Numbered from the stretch's first letter, positions 13,751 to 26,439 are shown. The stretch is DNA of 64,000 bases from Negaprion brevirostris (GCA_030324005.1 JARDVH010000149.1:21486036-21550035), one strand, 5' to 3'. The notes: a model not told the origin generated them from the sequence alone. Translations and numbers: made by a program.

Positions 13751-14531
13751 TGTTGCCATTCACTCAGGGATAATTCTTTCCCTATTCAGAAAAGTCATAG
13801 CGGTTGACAAAGCCATCCTGTTTTTCAATCAGTATTGCAAAATCTGTCATAGAAACCTTATCAATTTCAGCCTCAGCAAATGTCAGCACTCATATTTGCC
13901 TGTGGATTTGAAATCCCGCAATAGCAGCAATATTTACAGCGTCAAAAAGATAAAACAATTTACAATATCTGTCTTATACTCTAAAATTTCAGGTTAGTAT
14001 GAGATCAACTGTGGTCAAATGCACTACATTGTCTGATCAATAGCAAATGTGACCAAGACAGATCTCATGGATTTCTCAGCAACCCAGCCAGATGTCAGTA
14101 ACAAGTTATCAAGTCTCGATGAAACTGCATATCTCTCACCGGGGATTCCAAACTTTTCATTTTTGAAGATCAAGGCTGTGAATTCCCTCGAGGCTGCTCA
14201 GTTTGGATGCCTCAATGACTGCACACCACCTAGTATTTCAGAACTGTCTCCTGAGACATGGTTCCTTGGATTTCTGAATTGCACTCCAGCTGCCACAATC
14301 TCGCACAATTTTAAACCTTTAGTTGCTGGCTAGCTTCACTAGGCTAGCATTGTCCCTGGACTTCAACAAAATCGAATCTCCCCAACTATGCCAAGCTATA
14401 AGTTGTTCCTAGGAATTCTTCTGAGAGCTAATCCATTCTAACACAGAGCCAGTGACTTTCTAACACCTTAGCTCTCCAGAACTCATCCTAAGTCCTAAAT
14501 ACAAGAGCTATCAAACAACTACTGGGACTAG

Positions 14532-14822
14532 AGGCGGCATGGTGGCACAATGCTTAGCACTGCTGCCTCACAACACCAGGGACCTGGGTTCGATTCCCAG
14601 CTTGGGTCACTATCTCTGTAGACGTTGCATATTTTCCCCGTGTCTGCATGCGTTTCCCCCGGGTGCCCCAGTTTCCTCCCACAGCCTGAAAGATATGCTG
14701 GCTAGGTGCATTGACCCAGACAGGTGCCAGAATGTGGCAACTAGGGCAATTTCGCAGTAACTTCATTGCAGTGTTAATGTAAGCCTTACTTATGACTAAT
14801 AAATAAGCTTTACTTTTTACTT
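14532..14822 (+). mobile_element. HE1-like V-SINE (alternative tail) inserted into an LTR-like sequence
   Basis: GGCGGCATGGTGGCACAATGCTTAGCACTGCTGCC head, GGTTCGATTCC B box, tail CAGTAACTTCATTGCAGTGTTAATGTAAGCC...TAATAAATAAGCTTTACTTTTACTTT. Confidence 0.9.
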
Positions 14823-15499
14823 TCTCCTGATGCCCACAAAACCAGCTAACGGAAATACTTTTGCTGCCTGGACCCCGCTAACTGCAGCAACTTTTCAGTT
14901 CTTTCCCCAGCTGCAAAACACTCACTTCCCCATCCAACGCAGATACATTAAAACCCTTTCTTGAGCTCCAACCATCTCCATGACAACATAGCCCTTCAGG
15001 GTTGACTGTTCTTAAAATAATTGTAACTTTAACTCCAAAAACAAAATCGTCTGCATTCTGCAGTCTTTAAGGTATTTGACAGTATGTATACTAATTTTAA
15101 TCACAGTATTGATTTAGCAAAATTTTCAGACGTCAATTGGTCTAATATTTGTTTTGTATTGTTCTAAACCTACCTACAAGAACGTGACTTTCCTACTGTA
15201 TGTTTTATGTTGCTCAGAACTTTGTTACAAATTTGCAGCAGTTTTTCTTAAGTTTGTGTAATTTTTGAACTCCTTACTGCTCCTACTGCATGGCAATTGT
15301 TTCATTTCAAGGAACACATAAACCAAGCCCATGTAGATTCCAGAACCCACCAGTATAATACATTTCATATTTGCTACAGGAAAATTGCTGTTGGAGCTGA
15401 ATTCTGAAAAAAATAACCCTTGCCATTTATAGAAGATTTGCTCATTATCATAACTAAAGCTGTTATATGAAGCTTGTAAAGGATTTCATCCATACATAG

Positions 15500-15900
15500 G
15501 ANNNGGAGTGAGAACAGGCAATTCAACTCTTCGAGCCTATTCCATCATTCTACGATCATAGCTGATCTCTATCTCATCCTACCTTCACTTACCTGCCTTT
15601 TCCCCATAGCCCTTTGTCCCATTTTGGTCAAAAATTCATTTATCTATCTCTTGAATCCATTGATTGATTCCGCATCCATTGACTCTGGGGCAGTAAGTTC
15701 CATAGATTCACAACCCTCTGTGAGAAGTAGCTTCTCCTTATCTCTGTCTTGAACCTACCCACTCTTACTTTACAACTATGACCTCTTATCCTAGACTGTT
15801 CTAGAACATTTGGTTAACATTTACTTTATCAATCCCGTTAAGTATTTTATATACCTCAATCAAATCCCTCCCTCCCCATTCCTCTGTACTCCAGCGAGTA
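15500..15900 (-). mobile_element. CR1 LINE 3' fragment
   Basis: Reverse strand gives SQRVVNLWNLLPQS-like sequence (TTCCATAGATTCACAACCCTCTGTGAGAAG on +) and a CR1-type 3' UTR. Confidence 0.8.
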
Positions 15901-18900
15901 AAAGAGATAATAACTAAGTAAAAGAGATAATAACAACTGTTGCATTTAGCCAATGCAATCCTCAGCAACTTGGACAAGTTAGAATCAGGTATAGATATGC
16001 TGGTACTGTTAGACTAAAGGAAATTTTAAATGCTACAAGCACAATTTTGCAATTTACTTTACAATTGATTAAATGTTCTGCAGTAAAATAAGGAACTTGA
16101 CTATAACAAAATAACTGCTCAATGATTGGAACTTTTTGTTTTAAAGTTTAGTACTTAGTCTGTTAAACTGCTCCCTTTATTTTAAAGTATTTTGTTCTTA
16201 GATTGTGAAATTCACACATTTTTCCAACCTATTGTCCAAAGGAAAGTTCATTCAATGTCTCCAAGGAGGGTTTTTTCACTTATGCAAGATAATTCCACAA
16301 TAATTATCTACAGGTAATCAAGTCTTGTTTGTGCAACATAGAATGGATGGTCAGTAAAATGTAAATTGTTCGTGAAGAGATTGACATCAGAATTCCCCTA
16401 ATTTAAAATTTAATGCAATTAAGGAAAAAACTGCAAGTTTTTCAAAAATTATACAGTTCTGCTGACTTTTCACTTCCCTGTCAGGTATGTTGATCAGTCA
16501 TGTTGTACCTACGTTATCTCTCATTACCAGGAACTGGATCTAGCTCCAGCAAATATTGTTTTTGTGGTTTTGCGAGCTTGGCTCTGAGCTTTAGTTTGTT
16601 ATTTGTGTATGTGAGTCAAGCAGTGGACTGTACTTTTGTTCCCATATGTGTACACATTTGTCAGTTCACTTTACTTCTGTGTTAGACTGGCCACAGCAAA
16701 TGAGATTGATGCTAAAATGTACGGAAAGTAATAGGTGTACACAAAGTTACAATGAAACTGGAATGCGCGCACACAACTGGAGTGAGGAATATACTTAAGC
16801 AAGAGCAATAGTCACATAACTGAAGCTGACTAATTGATTTTCTTACTATTATTAATTTGTATTATTTGACTAGTACTTATTCAAATTTTCTTTAACATTT
16901 TTATTTGATCAATTTACCAGCTGCTTTGGAATATAGAAAGTATTTATTTGCAAAAGTGAAGAGATGGCAATAAAACTGCATTGAATACTAATGTGGCTTC
17001 ATGCCATCAAGTTTGTTGAAGCCCATACGTAGGTTAGTGCAGCTGAAAGGTGCAACTTTATAAAATGCAAATTAGTTTCCATAAGCAGCAATAGGTATAC
17101 AAGCTGCAAAATCTGACCGCAAAATATTTTTCCAATGCAGAATTGCATAGTTTATTAGAAGCTGAAGACAGTAGTTATAATATTTTAAAGCTTTCCTATG
17201 CAGATGATGAGACGAGCTGTTTTTCATCATTTGTCAACTGCTTAACACATCTGCCAACGTTATCCTGGTGTGCACAAGCAAGACAGGATTTTAAAAATGC
17301 ATGCATGTGGATTAGGGTCAAGCCCTGTATTTTTCTAATACAGCAGGTTCGCTGATACAACTGCAGAAGTAGATCTAACCAACAGCAGTGAGATGCCTTA
17401 ATTGAGACATGCTGTCAAAGTGACAAACACATTTGCATAAAGTGTATTTATTTTCACTGTAACGGTCTGCAGTTTGCTGTTGGTTGAACATTCTTAATCA
17501 GCTTTCTGTAACCGAGCCTGCTGAAAGCTGTCCTATACACTGTGCTCTTCTACATTGCGTGACAGTTTGTCTAAAGGGGGAAGGGACAGAAAGCTGGAAT
17601 TTTTATGCTGCTGTTTTTGCCATTTTTCTATTAAATCAGCAGGCACATTTACAACCCAAATGCCAGTGGACTTCTTTGCTTGGAGAGAGCACATGAAGAA
17701 GGAATGCTATTACTATTGCCTTTACCTCGCATCTATACATATAGCTGAAAACTGTGACTGTTGAAAACAGTTTTCCATTCTGCAGGTCTGTCGTATGTGT
17801 TGTGATCTGCATATCAATATTCTTTGAAAATTAGACATCGCTTTTCAAAAAAGAGACGAGCTTCAAGAAAATGGGTGCTCACACTTCAGGGAGAATATGG
17901 GCAATAAATAGCTTACCTTTTACCATTTGATTCAGCAATCTCCAGTGCATGTGTATTGTGGAACAGTAAGGTAGCGACTTTGTTTGGCCTTTGAAAAATA
18001 TTTTAGCCAAATAGTTCAGGGTGTACCCACTCCAGTTTTGGAGCCATAATTATCTTCAACAATATTTTACTAATTGATATGAGGTCTGGGAAATTTCATG
18101 ACTGAAATACAGAATTTCATCAGCAACTTGTTTAGAATTACCTACTTCAGCATAAAATGATCCCTAGGTGTCTTGTAACTTAATTCTTTTTCTCCTGGCC
18201 AATCCCCAGTTGAGTTCCACCTCAAAAGAGCAGTACACTTTAGATGCTACTATTGTAGGTCATTAATACAGTGGTCGAATTCCACACTTCCATAAAGCAA
18301 AACAAAAATCATTTGGAGGAGGAGATGTACTCGACAGTGACAAAACTGTAGAGGACCAACTGGATGTGGTCTCCCTCAAGTGCTATTCACACACTGAAGA
18401 GCTAATGTTGACTTATCTCAACCACATCTGATAATTAAATGAACTTTGGGGGCTTCCTGTGAGAGGAGGTTATGAGGGAATTCTCCCTTAATGAGGGTAA
18501 AATGGAAGGTTCAGTCATCACTGAGTTGTTACAGCTCTTGTGTTCAACTTGAATCTAATAATATAATGGTTCTCAGTACCCTCCTATCTGACCCTATGAT
18601 CTCTAACCTGGATAATATCTATTCTTGTGGCACTGTTAAACTAGTATCATTCAGGAAGGTCAGTTAATGCAATTCCTTGAAGAGGTATCTTCACATTTCA
18701 TTGCACTCATTTTGAGCATTACCCATGGTTGTGTCTCAAACCATGTGGTTGAGGAGATAACAATTATTATTTGAGTCCAACGAAGGTCACAGACTGAGCT
18801 ATTGCTAGTGAATTGCACTGTGTTTACTGCCTTTTAACTGGAAGCCAATAGTTTTTATTAATCAAATTCAGTAATATGGGAGAACGAGAGAGGCCAGCGT

Positions 18901-19059
18901 GTGCGTTACAGATGTGGGATTATACAGCAATTCAGATGAATACACTTCATTGAAAACTGCCTTGTTAAAAGAATGTTTCCATGATGTTAATGACATGAAA
19001 CTCATCCTAGGAACCATTGAGTTATATCGAAATGGCAACATGTAGTGTTATTTGGGGGT

Positions 19060-20000
19060 CTCATGACAACCCTGAAAATAATGCATACCTGACTGCAGGG
19101 GGGAGGGTAACTCTGTGCCTTGTGGCTTTTCAGTGACATTGTTATTGTGATGGTATTAGTATGACAATACTGTGCCTTTAAGAAATGTGTTTGAGTTATG
19201 TGCATGTGCAGGATCTGTTGTGACAGATCTTGATAGAACATTTGTTTTTATCTGAAATAAAGCTGTTCTGCTGTTTTGAGTGTTTTCCCCTGGGATTTTG
19301 CAGAGGGGGACTTAATTGGGAAGATTTATAGGTACGATCATGTGATGGGGTGAATCTAGGCTTACACAGAATATTCAAACTTTGCTGCTTTTATGTTGAG
19401 AGTGCTCTCTCTCAAGTTGGAGACTGGAATCTGCCAAGAGATAAGTCTCTTTCTTGGAGATTCTTTTGTATGAGAGCGGATCTTTCTCTGTGAGTTGCTA
19501 TTTTAGAAGCTGCAGAGAGAGAGAGATATCACTTTCTGTCTCTGACATCTGGAGAGTGGATGCTGCCAAAGACGAACTTTACTTCTCTAAAGTTTTGCTG
19601 TTTTGAAGATTCATCCTTCTCGGGAAACTGCTGTCTGGATCTCTGTCCAGAAGTGTTAAAGGCTGAAAATCCAACACCATGCGAGCATACTTGTTTTTGT
19701 AGTAACTAATTCTGAAGAAGGGTGTTATGTCTATGGAATACTGCTAAAATTGGAACAATAGAGATAGCTAGTTGTTAAACATTATATTTTGTCATGTTTA
19801 AGTATTTTAATTGGTAGAAGCTATGATAATTATTTTTGTTATAATCTAATTGTATTCTTAAATAAAGTTTGTTTTGATAAAAAGCTTCCAAGTGGGCCAC
19901 TTGTATCGTACCTGGAGTGAAACACCTTATGCTCACCCTAATGCCAAAATCAAATGTAAAACTTAGAGTCTAGGTACACTTGATAATGCACCTTGTTACA
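19060..20000 (+). mobile_element. Solo-LTR-like element
   Basis: ~0.95 kb block from TGACAAC to TTGTTACA, with internal (TC)n/(GA)n runs and AATAAA at 19861 about 140 nt before the end (U3-R-U5-like layout). Confidence 0.5.
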
Positions 20001-20796
20001 ACCCATTGAGTCCATTATGAATACTTAGCTGCGTTTCAAAAGCTCCAACCACTTATCTCAGAAGGGAAGGCTGAGTTCACGTTTTAATTAACAATTTTAA
20101 GTGGCTATTGAAGAATTAGTTATCTGATGTGGTGAGTGAACAATTTTTTTTAACATCAAATTGATCACTGAGGGAATGAAAATTTTTCAAATGAGTTCCA
20201 TGATTGAGAGTTTATTTATGCGTATGAGCAGGAACTTTCTTAGATTAACATGTTTTAGTGGCTGTGGAGATAGCATAGGGGGTGAGAGACTTTAGGGTTG
20301 GATAGGGTGGGGAAGATGGCCTAACATCCTTTAAAGCAAAAGAGCTGAATTCTCAGAGAACTTAAGCAAGCCTTCTGACCAGCTCACCTCATCAATCATC
20401 CACTTATATAGCCACTGGATTCCCTTACAGACCCAGCTGTCCAGAACAGACATGTGGTGGATGCGACTCTTAAAAGAGTCGTGTCTGCCAAGCTGGGAGA
20501 TTTCTCGAGTCGCGTTTTCCACCTCAGTGACAAAATATTGACCCAACATTTCAGGTTGTTGACTTTTCAACAGAACTTCAGACAAAACATCTGCAGTACT
20601 TTGCAATGTACAAAATTTAAAGTTCTAATCAATCAAGAGTGGGTTAGTTACCAGATTATGCAAGTTGTAAATTGTCAGCAGTTCAAATGTGTCTATGTCA
20701 CACTTATACTCTATGGCAACTCTTAAATTTGCAGCTCACTTATTTTCTGAGATTGTTCTTTTTAATCAAAATATTTTTTCTCTGATTGAAGGTTAA

Positions 20797-20925
20797 GGGT
20801 GGGATTTTCTGGCCATGCTTGCCCCAAGACCAGAAAATCCTGCCTGAGGTCAATGGACATTTGCATGCTCCACACCCCCCTGTCACCAAGATTCCCATGG
20901 TGTGCGTGACCAGCAAATTCTGCCC
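20797..20925. mobile_element. Tourist/Harbinger-like MITE
   Basis: Imperfect TIRs GGGTGGGATTTTCTGG / CCAGCAAATTCTGCCC, flanked by TAA on both sides; 129 bp. Confidence 0.7.
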
Positions 20926-21002
20926 TAAAAGCCTTTCAAAAATTCAGGTAATCAAAGTGTTATCTTTCAAAATTCTACTGTTAATCATCTTTTCAACTCA
21001 CA

Positions 21003-21317
21003 AGGCTGCATGGTGGCACAGTGCTGAACACTGCTGCCTCACAGCACCAAGGACCTGGATTCAAATCTCAGCTTGGGTCACTGTCTGTGTGGAGTTTGCA
21101 CATTCTCCTGGTGTCTGCGTGAATTTCTTCTGGGTGCTCCGGTTTCCTCCCACAGTCCAAAGATGTTTGGTTAGGTGGATTGGCCAAGCTAAAATGCCTC
21201 CTTAGTGTCAGCGGATCTAGCTAGAGTAAATGCATGGGGTTATGGGGATTGGGCCCAGCTGAGATTATGGTTGGTGCAGAGTAGATGGGCTGCACTTCAA
21301 CACTGTAGGGATTCTAT
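21003..21317 (+). mobile_element. HE1-like V-SINE with CR1-type tail
   Basis: Head GCATGGTGGCACAGTGCTGAACACTGCTGCCTCACAGC, central V-domain, tail CACTGTAGGGATTCTAT. Homologous to 5957-6287. Confidence 0.9.
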
Positions 21318-22011
21318 ATCCAGTGTAAACGTTTCATGTTTTTTAGGCAGTAGATGTTATGTCAAAATATTTTTAGAGCTGAATATCCTGCGTAGATTCC
21401 AATTTTTCTGTATTGAATATCTTTCGTAAATTCTGTTTTGTTTTAATGTTTCTCTCTTGCATATATGAAAAATTACTGAATTTTGTGCAACTGTAATTAA
21501 TTCACAGTATTCACCAAGTAACCACAATCTTATATTTTAAAATACATTGGCACATAAATAAGATTGCATTTCTCAAAGGACCTGTCTCTGATGACCTCTG
21601 AACACATGCAGCATATTGTCATAGTTAGAGAGCATCCCAGCAGTAAATACTCAAAACTGAAAGTAATACAACAGACTGTGCAACTGAACTCAGACTGCTT
21701 CTGGCTCGCTCCCAATCCACATCTCTGGAGTCATCCATTATTATTATATAATCCTTGACTGAAGGTTTCTTTGGTTGTTGGGCTTTTCATCAAAAATATT
21801 TACCATCTGTTATTCTTATAACATGGAGAACACTTCACATTTTAATTTTCAAAGTACATGTTTATTTAAGTTTTGTTAGTGAAGTTCAAGAGCAAGTTAA
21901 TTCTGAATGGAGATATCCGCGTAGACAACTAAAGATATGATAAAGTAAGTAAGTTTTCAGAAGCAGCTTGAAGGAGGCAAGAGAAGTTGAAAGTTATGAG
22001 AGGAATTTGCC

Positions 22012-22049
22012 AACCCTAACCCTAACCGTAACTCTAACTCTAAACCTAA
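22012..22049 (-). repeat. Short degenerate (TTAGGG)n-like tract
   Basis: AACCCTAACCCTAACCGTAACTCTAACTCTAAACCTAA: six hexamer units. Confidence 0.75.
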
Positions 22050-22604
22050 TGCAAAGGAAATTAGGGTTGCACAAAAAATCAGAATTGGAGGGGTTCACTG
22101 TTCTTGGAGTGCTGTAGGTTGGGAGGAGATTGCAGAGGGAGGCTGAGGCGGGACAAGGGATGGATTTGTAAACAAGAATTTTGAGCTCAAACCGTTCTTG
22201 AACCTGGAGTCAAGGCAGGTGTATGAATATTTGATACTGAGAGTTGTATTTGTTTAATCAACTAAGATCTTTCAAAAATGGTGGTTGACTTTTTTTTCTA
22301 CAGGTGTTGGAATGGAATATTTCCTGCCCCTTTTAGATTCTGATTTTTATTTGAAGGGCTAAGTGATCAAAGCATAGTGTCCTGGCATCTTTTGTAAATT
22401 GATCTCTTTCGAAAATTATCATAACCAGTAAAGGCAAGTCCTATTCGTAACTTTTAAAATGAGCTGTAATTGATTTGGAGTTGCTTGGAACTGCCTTTTT
22501 TTAAAAATGGGCATTAAAATGCTGCAAAAGTTGGCTGACAAGAGTCACCTGACTTGTTCTGTAGATTTTAGTTACCTGAAAAGGACAAAATAAACACCTT
22601 GTAG

Positions 22605-22800
22605 GATTTGATTTATTATTGTCACATATATACAGTGAAAAGCTTTGTTTCTTGTGAGTTATACAGACAAAGCATACCATTCATAGAGAAGGAAACAAGA
22701 GAGGAAATGTAATCTTACAGTCATAGCTAGGGTGGGGAGAAAGATCAGTTTAATGCAAGGTAGGCCCATTCAAAAGTCTGGTGGTAACAGGGAAGAATCA
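22605..22800 (-). mobile_element. Rex1/Babar-like LINE 3' end
   Basis: Reverse strand ends CTTTTCACTGTATATATGTGACAATAATAAATCAAATC, the recalled 3' terminus style of fish Rex1/Babar elements. Confidence 0.6.
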
Positions 22801-23585
22801 GTCCTCTCCCGAAACCATCCACAAGAGTTTCCTGACTTGAATGAATCTTTTCTGAGCAAAAGATGGTGATTGTCTCAGATCGCCACAATAAATGTCTGCA
22901 CGCAAAAACCCACATTGTGGCTAATTAACTTCAGCCCAGCACCATTGTTGAAATGGGGCTGTGAAGGACCATATAGTAAAGCAGCCATGTCGGTCGCCCT
23001 TTTTGGGGGAAAAAACCTTAAGGAATATCTGCAGAACTATGACTGCAGAGACAGCAGCAGAAAGGACAGCAACATCTGTTACTTTAAGATTAGGAGACTA
23101 GAACATCCTCAGGTCTCCAAACCTGTTCCTTCTCAGGTCAACCAGCAGTCAGCTCCTGGTAATAAGAAGTAACTAACATCATCACCTGCTGAAAATCCAT
23201 TTCTTCGAAGGAATCCTTCAGTAATCCAAATGTGTGACTACAGTGAATGAAACCACTTACATGCCCTTCAGGGGTGAAAACCCTGAATTCTTCACTAGGC
23301 ATGCAATGCTTCTTTTTTTGACCAGACGAGCCACATGCGAATCATGACTTGAAAAAATGCATTCTTTTAATCTTTAGTTTTCCTCGAGTACATGTGAGAG
23401 TGGTAAGTGAGATAGCATTAGACATTTGGAGTCCTTTATTTGAACCCACCAATAGCTGGTTACTCAAATTGACCACACTTTTGGGGTCAGAAACACATAC
23501 ATCTTGCTTTTCAAAAGGCACACTGATTACGGATAGTGAAGGAAGGGAATGGTTTCAATTTTCTCTCATCCCTGTCTGTAATAGA
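22800..23585 (+). mobile_element. LTR-like fragment
   Basis: Starts abruptly at the truncated Rex1-like element and ends ...CCCTGTCTGTAATA; LTR-like composition only. Confidence 0.3.
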
Positions 23586-24329
23586 ATGGTTAAGGTGAGC
23601 ATCTGCATAAGGGAATGTAACTATACTTACTGTTATGAAATACCAAGAAAAATTAGATGAACATCTGGCATGTGCAAATTCTTTGTTGGCTTATGATAAT
23701 TGGATATATGAAACTGCTGGTCGGTGGAAGAAATAATATTTTCAATGAAAGGTACTTCCTTTTTTACATGTCCCCTGATCAGAGATTTAAGAAAAATATT
23801 ATCTGTCAGAATAATCCTCTCTGAAATGTGCTTTTGTGGAGTTCCATTACTTGCATATATAAGATAGGCCGATAAGCTCTGTTAATATTGGACGGAGGTT
23901 ACTTACATATTGTTTCTGCTAAATGTGGTTGAATACCTCATGATTATGATGTTAAGATTGATCAAATGACTTCTGTTCAGCAACATGCTTGTGTTTTTTT
24001 TTAATTTCAAAAATTATCAAATAACCAGTTTGCCTATGTGGCTTTGAAAAAGGAATATTATGAACAAATGAAATATGTTTGTTTTTGTCAAGAAGGCAAT
24101 TTTTAATAGATGTATAAACTTGCATAATAGGATAAATCCACTGATCACATGCTCCCTGTGGGATGGCTACGCTTGAAGAATTGCCTATATCTGATCCACA
24201 GTCAGTTTAATTGTGGGCTTTGCAAATTTACACTGATATCTCATCATCAATGCAAATAATGAATGTTAGACAGGGTAATGTTGAATGACTGAATTCATAT
24301 AATGTCTTGAGTAATATCCTTCCTACACT

Positions 24330-25495
24330 CAAAATTGCAGCACCATTGGTGGCCGTGCTTTCAATTTGCTATTCCCCAATCTCTGGAATTCCTTCCAGAC
24401 ACATCTCTCTACTTTGTGTTCCTCCTTTAAGACACTTCTTAAAATCTTCACCTTTGACCAAACTTTTGGTCATCTACCCTCATGGACAGAATTTCATGTA
24501 TTTAGTAGGTTCAGCTGTCTGGTTGAAGAAGCAACCAGTGAGCTGATGGAGTATCTGAAAGGCACTTAACTGGCCCATTTCAGGCCTTCCCCAAAAGTAG
24601 AAATCAGAGGCCGGTAGCTCCCCATTACAGGCGGCATCACCAGCTAAGATATTTGCCTCCGGTAGTGCACCCCTGGAGAAGCCCATGATCACCAAGGGAT
24701 CCATAACACAGGTGAGTGCCAACAGCATGGAATCGGTAACAGGAGAGAGAGCCATGGGGTTTTGGAGGCCATGATGTGGAGATGCCAGCATTGGACTGGG
24801 GTAAGCACAGTAAGAAGTCTCACAACACCAGGTTAAAATCCAGCATGTTTATTTGGTAGCACATGCTTTCGGAGTGTCACTCCTTTACCTGAAGAAGGAG
24901 CGACATTTCAAAAGCTCATGCTACCAAATAAACCTGTTGAACTTTAATCAGGTGTTGTGAGACTTCTTATTGTTTTGGAGGCAAGCATAAAAGGAGTAGC
25001 TTTCAGCAGCCACCCACTGCCAATACCAGGTCCCTTTGATCAGGCACTAAATACTTTTGAAAAATGGACTCCCAACAATCCCCTCCAAGGGCGCAGGCAA
25101 ACCCGACAAGAAAGCCATCCCCTCACATGTAATCCCTAAATCCAGTACTAAATTTCAGAGGCCTCAAGGACAACTGGTGTCAATTGGTTTAATAATGAAC
25201 CCAATTTACAATCTGCTATGAGCAGATGAGTTTTCCCCTGTACGCCCATTCCACCTCCAGTTTAACCAAGAAACTGATGTCTGGCCTTTCCCAGTATTAG
25301 GTGAGCCCAGCCACTGTTTCCCACCACAACAGCTACATTAAATCCAGTATTTCCTTATGTGACTTAGTGTCATATTTAGTTTCATAATGCTCTTTCATTG
25401 TTTTAAAGATGCTCCTTTCATTGTTTTAAAGATGCTATATAAATATAAGCTGTTGCTATATAAATATAAAGCTAATGCTATATAAATATAAGCTT
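24330..25495 (+). mobile_element. L2-like 3' end split by a MITE-like insert (~24483-25345)
   Basis: LWNS...FKTLLKIFTFDQTFG (24366-24480) resumes at ~25345 as a 3' UTR ending in repeated GCTATATAAATATAAGC units. Confidence 0.6.
24770..24973. mobile_element. Penelope-derived foldback element
   Basis: ~75-80 bp inverted arms (ACAGTAAGAAGTCTCACAACACCAGGTTAAA... / ...TTTAATCAGGTGTTGTGAGACTTCTTATTGT) around CCTGAAGA. Confidence 0.75.
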
Positions 25496-26439
25496 ACAAT
25501 TCTAAGACGTAAGAAGGGTTTAAATGATGTATGAAGCACATAACTTGTCAACGGCCAACAGTGTATACAGTTCTTGTAAACCTTCCTAGAGAATACTAAT
25601 ACTGCCCCTCCAAAAGAGTAAAGCTAAATAGCCTGCCTCTCAGACAACCCTTTATTGAGTTGAAAGCTGTTTAAATATTGCCTGACTTATCTTTTTCAGC
25701 TTTGGACTTTACATGAAAATAATTTCGGATGGAGTTATGCTCTTCAAGTCTGGGCTCAACGTTTCTGACTGATCACATGCACTGAGCACTTAGATATTGA
25801 TTATGGTCACATTAGGTGCCATTCCTGACTAAACAAGACATTTTTCTTGTCTCTCCAGCTTCATTTTTTTATAAATCTTGCCTTTTTTAACTTGCCTTTT
25901 CCAGTCGCCCAGAAAGAAGCAAAGGAGTACTTTGGGGAGCCTATTAAGAGATCCCTAGTGCCGTGAAAATGTTCTAACCTATAATGTGTTTCATCAATTA
26001 AAAATGAAAAATTCCGTGTGAACGATATTCAACCTAGCTTTCTGAGCAAAAGTGATGTGAGGGTGCAAGTTCTTAGCGCTCTAACAATGGGGTAATTAAT
26101 TACAATTTTAAAAATAATTTTGTGAATTAACATAGTCGTAAAGTTGGGAAAGCACCAGAACAATGTTGAGAATTTCACTTATCCTGGAAAAGCCATAAGG
26201 CATTGTATGGGAACCGATGAGGAATTTCTTTATGTTCTAGTGCATGGATTGGAATATATCCACACATCAGCTTGACAGGAACATAAAGATGGAAATCATT
26301 TAATTTTTATTTGTGACAGTGCATGTAAGGTGTGGGCTGAAATGACACTGGTAAAACCTCTTTGTAATAATCTTAGCAAGACCAGTCTTCCATCATCGTC
26401 GCTCTTTATTTATGACAAGCTGAAAGCGCAGTTAGCGGC

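Larger units (their letters stand above)
9526..15060 (-). mobile_element. Degenerate Gypsy-type (Gmr1-like) LTR element with gag and protease remnants, interrupted by CR1 and SINEs
   Basis: Direct-repeat similarity between ~9715-10400 and ~14060-15060. Minus strand gives MALSTAMTFL (~13815), a zinc-knuckle tail GHLK/ANCWELK (~12150-12205), protease-like PRKVVILRATGLAQSLL (~11880-11935) and IHLHEVNLNSALV...YILDN (11560-11838). A purine-rich tract followed by TGTTAT lies at ~10642. Confidence 0.7.

Noticed and set aside
15897-15935. 20-bp tandem duplication AGTAAAAGAGATAATAAC at the CR1 junction
   Set aside because: Small local duplication at a LINE truncation point, with no further structure.
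16202-16312. Exon-like 111-nt segment (ttcttag|...CAG|gtaatc)
   Set aside because: Stops in all three frames and no DENND1A similarity; a non-coding or poison exon cannot be supported from sequence alone.
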